A DNA stretch of 12,535 bases. It comes from Candidatus Iainarchaeum sp. (GTDB lineage: Archaea > Iainarchaeota > Iainarchaeia > Iainarchaeales > CSSED10-239). This document shows, piece after piece, positions 7,700 through 12,535 of the stretch. How positions within the stretch are numbered: the stretch's first letter is position 1; every line of letters begins with the position of its first letter. The notes under the pieces were generated by a model, which did no database searches, was not told where the DNA came from, and saw only the letters and a list, made by a program, of their open reading frames with translations. The translations under genes were made by a program, and so were the position numbers. Where the stretch lies: contig JAQVRT010000020.1 of assembly GCA_028700905.1 (NCBI GenBank), positions 1 to 12,535 of the forward strand. The letters run 5' to 3'.

Positions 7700-8839
7700 A
7701 TGTCAGATAAAGATTACTATTCTATTTTAGGGATTTCAAAAGACGCATCCTTAGAAGAAATTAAAAAAGCATATAAAACACTTGCAAAAAAATATCACCC
7801 TGATCTTGCAGGCGCTTCAGCAGATCCTGAAAAGTTTAAAGAGATTAGTAATGCTTATTCTGTTTTATCTGATACTGATAAAAGAAAACAATATGATTCT
7901 TATGGTCATGATGCATTTTCAAAAGGGTATGCTGGAAATGACAGGCAAGGATTTTCAGGTTTTTCAGGTTTTGATTTTTCAGATATTTTTAGTTCTTTTA
8001 TGGATGATGACGATGGAGGTTTCTTTTCTCAATTTTCTCAAAGAAGAGGTGGTAGATCTCATCGTCAAGAAAGTTTAAATCTAGTTTATAATCTTGAAAT
8101 TGATTTTGAAAAGGCAATTTTAGGTGGAAAAGAAAAAATTGAATTTTATAAAGATGAAGAATGTAATTTCTGTGCAGGAACTGGTTCTAAAAGTATGCAA
8201 AAAGATGTGTGCCCTACCTGTAATGGTAGAGGAAGAACAGTTACTACAAAAAGAACTCCTTTTGGAATGTTTTCTGTTGAAAATGTTTGTTCTAATTGTA
8301 AAGGGGATGGTTATATTATAAAAGATCCTTGTTCTAAATGTTCTGGAAAAGGATATTTAAGAGAAAAGAAAACATTAAATGTTGAAATTCCTTCTGGAAT
8401 AAACACAGGAGATGTAATGAAATTAAGAGGTCAAGGACATAATCATCAAGGTGTTAAGGGAGATCTTTTCTTAAATATTTCTGTAAAACCACATTCATTC
8501 TTTAAGAGGAAAGGTTCTGATATTTATTGTGAAATTCCAGTTACTTTTTCAGATTTAGTTTTAGGAACAACTATTAAAATTAATAAATTTAAAGATAAGA
8601 TTAAACTTAAAATTCCTTCAGGAACAGAAGATAATACAACTTTTAAGATTAAAGGAAGTGGAGCTTCTATTTTTAATAGAAGTTCATCTTCTGGAGATTT
8701 ATATGTAAAAGTTCATGCTTTTGTACCTCAAAAGTTAGATTCTTCTTTAAAAAAGAAATTAAAAGATATTAATTCTCTTGAAAAAGAAGCTATTAAAAAA
8801 GAAATTGAAAAGAAAAATTCAGATTTTATAGAATATTAG
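7700..8839 (+). CDS. dnaJ: Type I Hsp40 co-chaperone DnaJ
   Basis: It has a J domain with HPD ([31 protein letters not shown]) and a G/F-rich linker ([17 protein letters not shown]). Four CxxCxGxG zinc-finger repeats follow ([32 protein letters not shown]), then the C-terminal substrate-binding domains. Confidence 0.97.
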   Translation: MSDKDYYSILGISKDASLEEIKKAYKTLAKKYHPDLAGASADPEKFKEISNAYSVLSDTDKRKQYDSYGHDAFSKGYAGNDRQGFSGFSGFDFSDIFSSFMDDDDGGFFSQFSQRRGGRSHRQESLNLVYNLEIDFEKAILGGKEKIEFYKDEECNFCAGTGSKSMQKDVCPTCNGRGRTVTTKRTPFGMFSVENVCSNCKGDGYIIKDPCSKCSGKGYLREKKTLNVEIPSGINTGDVMKLRGQGHNHQGVKGDLFLNISVKPHSFFKRKGSDIYCEIPVTFSDLVLGTTIKINKFKDKIKLKIPSGTEDNTTFKIKGSGASIFNRSSSSGDLYVKVHAFVPQKLDSSLKKKLKDINSLEKEAIKKEIEKKNSDFIEY

Positions 8840-8901
8840 TTAGAATCACTTTATATGTTTTTTGATTCAAGTTTTATATATTCTATAAAAAATGATTATT
8901 T

Positions 8902-9924
8902 ATGGTTTCTAAAATATGTTTAATGGCTTGTAAAAATGGACTTTATTTTGCAGAGAAAATACTTCCTCATTTAAATCGTTTTTTAAAAGATGCAAATTAT
9001 TCTGAAATCTCTTTGACAAAAACAGATGAAGTGCAGTTTAGAAATACAGAAATTAAATCTAATATATTAGAATCAATAAGAGGTTCTCATGTTTTTATTG
9101 TTCAAGATGTTTCAAATAAATCTAATGGTTATTCTGTAAGCGATAATGTTTTAGCACTTAAAACATTAATTAATTCTGCAAGAATTTCTGATGCTTTTAA
9201 AATTACAGTAATTCTACCAACTTTTCCTTTTGCAAGACAAGATAAACATTTCTCTAGAGAAGGCATTACAGCAAGAATGTTTGCTCAAGAACTTGAAATG
9301 CTTGGAGTTAATACAGTTATTACTTTAGATATTCATAATCTTGCAATTGCAGGTTTTTTTAATAAAACTGTTTTTGAAAATTTAAAAGGTTTTAGAGATT
9401 TAAATAAATATGTTAAACAAAATTTACCTCTAGAAAATTTAGTTGTATCCTCACCAGATATTGGTGGACTTAAGAGAGCAGAAAATTATGCTTCTGAACT
9501 AAAGATTAATTTAGTTTCAATCTATAAAGAAAGAAACTATAAAAAAATAGATGCTATTGACAAAATGTATGTTATTGGAGATGTTAAAAATAAAGATGTT
9601 CTTTTAGTTGATGATATGATTGATACTGGTGGAACATTATTTAATGCTGCAAAGTTATTGAAAGAAAAAGGTGCAAATAAAATTTATTTTGCATGCTCTC
9701 TTCCTTTTTTAAATCCTCCTTCAAAGGAAAGATTTGATTCTCTTTATAAAGATGGAAGTTTAGAATATTTAATTGCAACTAATGCTGTTTATCATGCTCA
9801 AGAATTTTTAGAAAACACTCCTTGGTTTAAACAAATTGATGTTTCTGATTATTTTGCAAAAGTAATTTTTAATATTTTTACTTATAAATCAATTTCTAAT
9901 CTTTTAAAAAACATAAAAAGTTAA
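8902..9924 (+). CDS. prs: Ribose-phosphate pyrophosphokinase (PRPP synthetase)
   Basis: Motifs present: VFIVQD; the FPFARQDK flexible-loop motif (canonical Y-A-R-Q-D-R/K); TLDIHN...AGFF; SPDIGG; and the PRPP-binding loop VLLVDDMIDTGGTL. An in-frame alternative start exists at Met8 (8923). Confidence 0.9.
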   Translation: MVSKICLMACKNGLYFAEKILPHLNRFLKDANYSEISLTKTDEVQFRNTEIKSNILESIRGSHVFIVQDVSNKSNGYSVSDNVLALKTLINSARISDAFKITVILPTFPFARQDKHFSREGITARMFAQELEMLGVNTVITLDIHNLAIAGFFNKTVFENLKGFRDLNKYVKQNLPLENLVVSSPDIGGLKRAENYASELKINLVSIYKERNYKKIDAIDKMYVIGDVKNKDVLLVDDMIDTGGTLFNAAKLLKEKGANKIYFACSLPFLNPPSKERFDSLYKDGSLEYLIATNAVYHAQEFLENTPWFKQIDVSDYFAKVIFNIFTYKSISNLLKNIKS

Positions 9925-9941
9925 GTTATATAAATTATATT

Positions 9942-11324
9942 ATGCATATATTTATTATGCATTCTTCTTTTATTTTTAAAAAAGGTTTTTTTATAACTAC
10001 ACAGAATAATAAAGAAATAAAAATACCTATAAATAAAGTTTTATTTAAAAAAATATCTAAAGATGCTTTTGAGCAATTATTTTCAATATCTAATATTTCA
10101 CAAGTATCTTCTCCTATCTTAGCTATGCCAGATATCCATCCTGGCTTTGGTGTCCCTATAGGCACTGTTTTTGCATCTTTAAAAGAAAATGCAATTATTA
10201 GTTCTGAAGCTGTAGGTTATGATATTAATTGTGGAATAAGAGTTGTTAAAACAAATCTTTTTTTAAAAGATTTAACTAAAGAACAATTAAAAGATTTAGC
10301 TTCTTCTTTAAAGAACTTACCATTAGGACTTTCAAATAATGGTTTGAAAATAACTGAAAAAGATTATAAACAAATATTAATTGAAGGTATTAATTGGGCA
10401 GTGTCCAAGAAATATTGTTTAAAAAAAGATCTTAATTATATTTATAATAAAGGGTTTTTTAAAGATGCTTCTCCAGCTTACATTTCAAAAGAAGCTTTAA
10501 AGAGAGGTAAATCTCAATTAGGCACTTTAGGGCAAGGAAATCATTTTATTGATGTTTTAGTTGTAGATAAAGTTTTTAATAAAATTATAGGTGAACAATT
10601 TAGTCTAAAGAAAGGTCAACTTGTAATTATGATTCATTCTGGTTCTAGAGGTCTTGGACATCAAATAGCATCTGATTATTTTAAAAAATTTAAATTTAAA
10701 AATCCTTTATCACATGCAACTTTAGATTCAAAAGAAGGATCTTCCTATTATAAAGCAATGCTTGCAGCTGCAAATTTTGCTTTTGTAAATCGTGCTGTTT
10801 TAACTTATTTTGTAAACCTTAAATTTAATGATTTTTTTAATAAAAAAATTAAATTCGATTTGTTATATGATCTTTCACATAATCTTGCAAGTTTAGAAAA
10901 ACATAATAATAAAGAGTATTTAGTTACAAGGAAAGGATCTACTAGAGTTTTTTTGCCTGAAGATTTACCTTCTAACAATCCTTTCAAAAAAACAGGTTCT
11001 CCAATTATTTTGCCAGGCTCAATGCTTGATAACACTTATATTTTAGTTCCAGATAAAGGTGTGCGAGAAACATTTTGTTCTGTAGCACATGGTTCTGGAA
11101 GAAGTCTTTCAAGAAAAGAAGCTAAAGAAAAAATTTCTTTTAAAGATTTAAAATTATTTATGGAAAAGAATAATGTTATTTTAGAAAATGTTTCTGAAAA
11201 TTTAGCAAGAGAAGAACAACCTTCTGCTTATAAATCTTCAAATGAAGTTGTAAAGTCTATGGTTGATTCAAAAATGGTGAAAAAAGTTTTAACTTTAAAA
11301 CCTGTAATTGTTTTAATAGGTTGA
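9942..11324 (+). CDS. rtcB: RtcB 3'-phosphate/5'-hydroxyl RNA ligase (tRNA-splicing ligase)
   Basis: All hallmark blocks are present: AMPDIHPGFGVPIG, GYDINCG (metal-binding Asp/Cys), GQGNHFIDV, HSGSRGLGHQIA, LSHN, VAHGSGR (nucleophilic His) and a C-terminus ending ...PVIVLIG. There is no intein-sized insertion. The start could be ATG 9942 or ATG 9957. Confidence 0.95.
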   Translation: MHIFIMHSSFIFKKGFFITTQNNKEIKIPINKVLFKKISKDAFEQLFSISNISQVSSPILAMPDIHPGFGVPIGTVFASLKENAIISSEAVGYDINCGIRVVKTNLFLKDLTKEQLKDLASSLKNLPLGLSNNGLKITEKDYKQILIEGINWAVSKKYCLKKDLNYIYNKGFFKDASPAYISKEALKRGKSQLGTLGQGNHFIDVLVVDKVFNKIIGEQFSLKKGQLVIMIHSGSRGLGHQIASDYFKKFKFKNPLSHATLDSKEGSSYYKAMLAAANFAFVNRAVLTYFVNLKFNDFFNKKIKFDLLYDLSHNLASLEKHNNKEYLVTRKGSTRVFLPEDLPSNNPFKKTGSPIILPGSMLDNTYILVPDKGVRETFCSVAHGSGRSLSRKEAKEKISFKDLKLFMEKNNVILENVSENLAREEQPSAYKSSNEVVKSMVDSKMVKKVLTLKPVIVLIG

Positions 11325-11335
11325 TGTGTTTTTTT
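11325..11335 (+). terminator. Oligo-T terminator-like run after rtcB
   Basis: tgtgttttttt (T7 at 11329-11335) follows the TGA stop immediately. A 122-nt AT-rich spacer comes next. Confidence 0.4.
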
Positions 11336-11446
11336 AAATTAAATAATTAATTTTTAAAGGTTTTTAAATAAAAAGAAAAGTATTTATATTACTATCTACA
11401 TATATATAGATAAATATATTTATTAAAATATTTTAAAAAAATAAAG

Positions 11447-12118
11447 GTGATATTTTTGAGACCAATTATAATAATTTTATTAGTTTTACTAGTTTTAGCC
11501 GCAGCTGTTGCTTTTGTACTAGTAAGTTCTCCACAAGAAGATGTTATTGACGACTCTTCTTTTGAAAATTTACCTGATGATATAAATACAATAAATCCTA
11601 ATGGAGGGGCTGGAGATGAAAATCAACCACATGTTCCAGAAGAAATAGTTGATCCTAATACATATTGTGAAGACTTTGCTTGTTTTTCAACTAATTTTTC
11701 TACTTGTCAAGAAAATGTTGTTTTCACTTCAACTGAATCTATTGATTATCCTTCAGCAGGTAGTAGATATTCTTATTCTGTAGAATATTCTATTAAAGGA
11801 CTTAACGAATCTAATGAATGTATAGTTTCTTTAAAACTTTTAGATCATTATACTTCTTTTTTAGATGCTAAAAAACAAATGTATCTAGATGATAGTTATA
11901 CTGAAGAAGGTATTGCAGAAATGGAAGTTGGTTTAAACGAATCTTCAAAACATTTAATTTCTAAAGAAGGCTCTTGTAATTTAGATGCGTCTAATCCAGA
12001 ATTTTTAAATAGTTCACTTGACTTTATGAAAAATTTAATGCTTTCATATGAAAAATGTTCTGGAGAATTATTTTTACAACAAGAAGGATTAAAATCATTT
12101 TTCATTTATATTGATTAA
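11447..12118 (+). CDS. Hypothetical secreted or membrane-anchored protein with 6 Cys
   Basis: It has an N-terminal hydrophobic anchor or signal (RPIIIILLVLLVLAAAVAFVLVSS), an acidic linker, then a polar domain with 6 Cys (YCEDFACFSTNFSTCQ, NECIV, GSCNL, EKCSG) and NxS/T sequons. I recognise no family. The start is uncertain: GTG 11447 (ORF track) or TTG 11456, which lies 5 nt after AGGTGA (11445-11450). Confidence 0.55.
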   Translation: MIFLRPIIIILLVLLVLAAAVAFVLVSSPQEDVIDDSSFENLPDDINTINPNGGAGDENQPHVPEEIVDPNTYCEDFACFSTNFSTCQENVVFTSTESIDYPSAGSRYSYSVEYSIKGLNESNECIVSLKLLDHYTSFLDAKKQMYLDDSYTEEGIAEMEVGLNESSKHLISKEGSCNLDASNPEFLNSSLDFMKNLMLSYEKCSGELFLQQEGLKSFFIYID

Positions 12119-12138
12119 ATGATTTTTCTCTTTTTTTT
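12119..12138 (+). terminator. Oligo-T terminator-like tract (T5 + T8)
   Basis: atgatttttctctttttttt follows the TAA at 12116-12118 directly. Confidence 0.35.
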
Positions 12139-12156
12139 ATAAAAATAGGAATTAAT

Positions 12157-12535
12157 ATGCTACTATCTAAAAAAGGTCAAGGTAATTTAGAAACTTTAAT
12201 ATTAATAGGTGGTGGTGTATTAGTTGCTGTTGTTATTGTAACTATTTTAGTTTCTTTAGGCGGACAATCTAGAGATTCAGCATCAGAACAAGTTGATAAT
12301 GTTTCTTCTTCAACCGATGGTCCTTTACCCCCAACAATTACTTCTGTTAAAGCTAATTATTTAGATTGTGAAACTATTGATGTTGGAGGTTCTTTAAGAA
12401 AAATTGGACTTTTGTCTTTTTCTTGGAAACCTTTATCCAGAGAAGGTACTTATAAATTAATTATTGAAAATAAAGATAATGATGTTTTAAATGAAGGAGA
12501 TTATACTGTTATTTTAGATGGAAATATTATTCCTG
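12157..12535 (+). CDS. Class III signal peptide (archaeal type IV pilin-like) protein 3; 3' partial, runs off the right window edge; absent from the supplied ORF track
   Basis: Hand translation from ATG 12157 gives MLLSKKG|QGNLETLILIGGGVLVAVVIVTILVSLGGQSRDSASEQVDNVSSSTDGPLPPTITSVKANYLDCETIDVGGSLRKIGLLSFSWKPLSREGTYKLIIENKDNDVLNEGDYTVILDGNIIP with no stop through 12534. The leader architecture matches the pilins at 1026 and 1486: basic leader, Gly -1, Gln +1, Glu +5, and QGNLETLIL (nt 12178-12204) fits QxxxExxxL. The mature part looks beta-rich. Confidence 0.65.
   Translation, partial: MLLSKKGQGNLETLILIGGGVLVAVVIVTILVSLGGQSRDSASEQVDNVSSSTDGPLPPTITSVKANYLDCETIDVGGSLRKIGLLSFSWKPLSREGTYKLIIENKDNDVLNEGDYTVILDGNIIP

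Noticed and set aside
7949-7984. Tandem 9-nt repeat ggtttttca ggtttttca within dnaJ
   Set aside because: It encodes [12 protein letters not shown], the normal Gly/Phe-rich linker of type I DnaJ. It is not a regulatory or mobile repeat.
7782-8321. Two alternative-frame + strand ORFs (7782..8078, 8124..8321) inside dnaJ
   Set aside because: They overlap the J-domain, G/F and zinc-finger regions of a clearly intact dnaJ in another frame. Their Met/Leu-rich products have no recognisable features.
9935-11035. Two 76-aa ORFs antisense to rtcB (9935..10165 and 10805..11035)
   Set aside because: Both are embedded in an rtcB whose catalytic blocks are all in frame on the + strand. There is no independent support for either.
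11896-12105. 69-aa ORF antisense to the 11447..12118 gene
   Set aside because: It is shorter than the sense ORF and nested within it. The sense ORF has a signal anchor and SD context.

Overview
Very AT-rich window (about 25-30% GC by eye, not computed). It is densely packed with 15 supportable CDSs, 14 of them on the + strand, and has no room for RNA genes. The content points to a small-genome, DPANN-like archaeon. Three proteins carry archaeal class III (type IV pilin-like) signal peptides with Gln at +1 and Glu at +5. There is an A24 aspartyl prepilin peptidase, TATA-like AT boxes sit about 25 nt upstream of several ATGs, and oligo-T runs follow the genes.

Layout:
(i) nt 2-3914: a tightly coupled six-gene surface/membrane cluster. 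It contains a prepilin peptidase (5'-truncated by the window edge; the ORF-track start at 134 is an artefact), two overlapping pilin-like genes, a polytopic membrane protein, a membrane-anchored OB-fold protein and a TctA/DUF112-like permease.
(ii) A convergent SDR oxidoreductase on the - strand.
(iii) A stand-alone JAMM/MPN metalloprotease followed by a bacterial-type grpE-dnaK-dnaJ operon.
(iv) PRPP synthetase and the RNA ligase RtcB.
(v) A second surface locus: a Cys-containing secreted or anchored protein plus a third class III pilin-like gene. This gene runs off the right edge and is missing from the ORF track.

The best candidate for something undescribed is the pilin-linked membrane module at 1865-3914. 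All family calls rest on motifs read by eye; no database search was possible.
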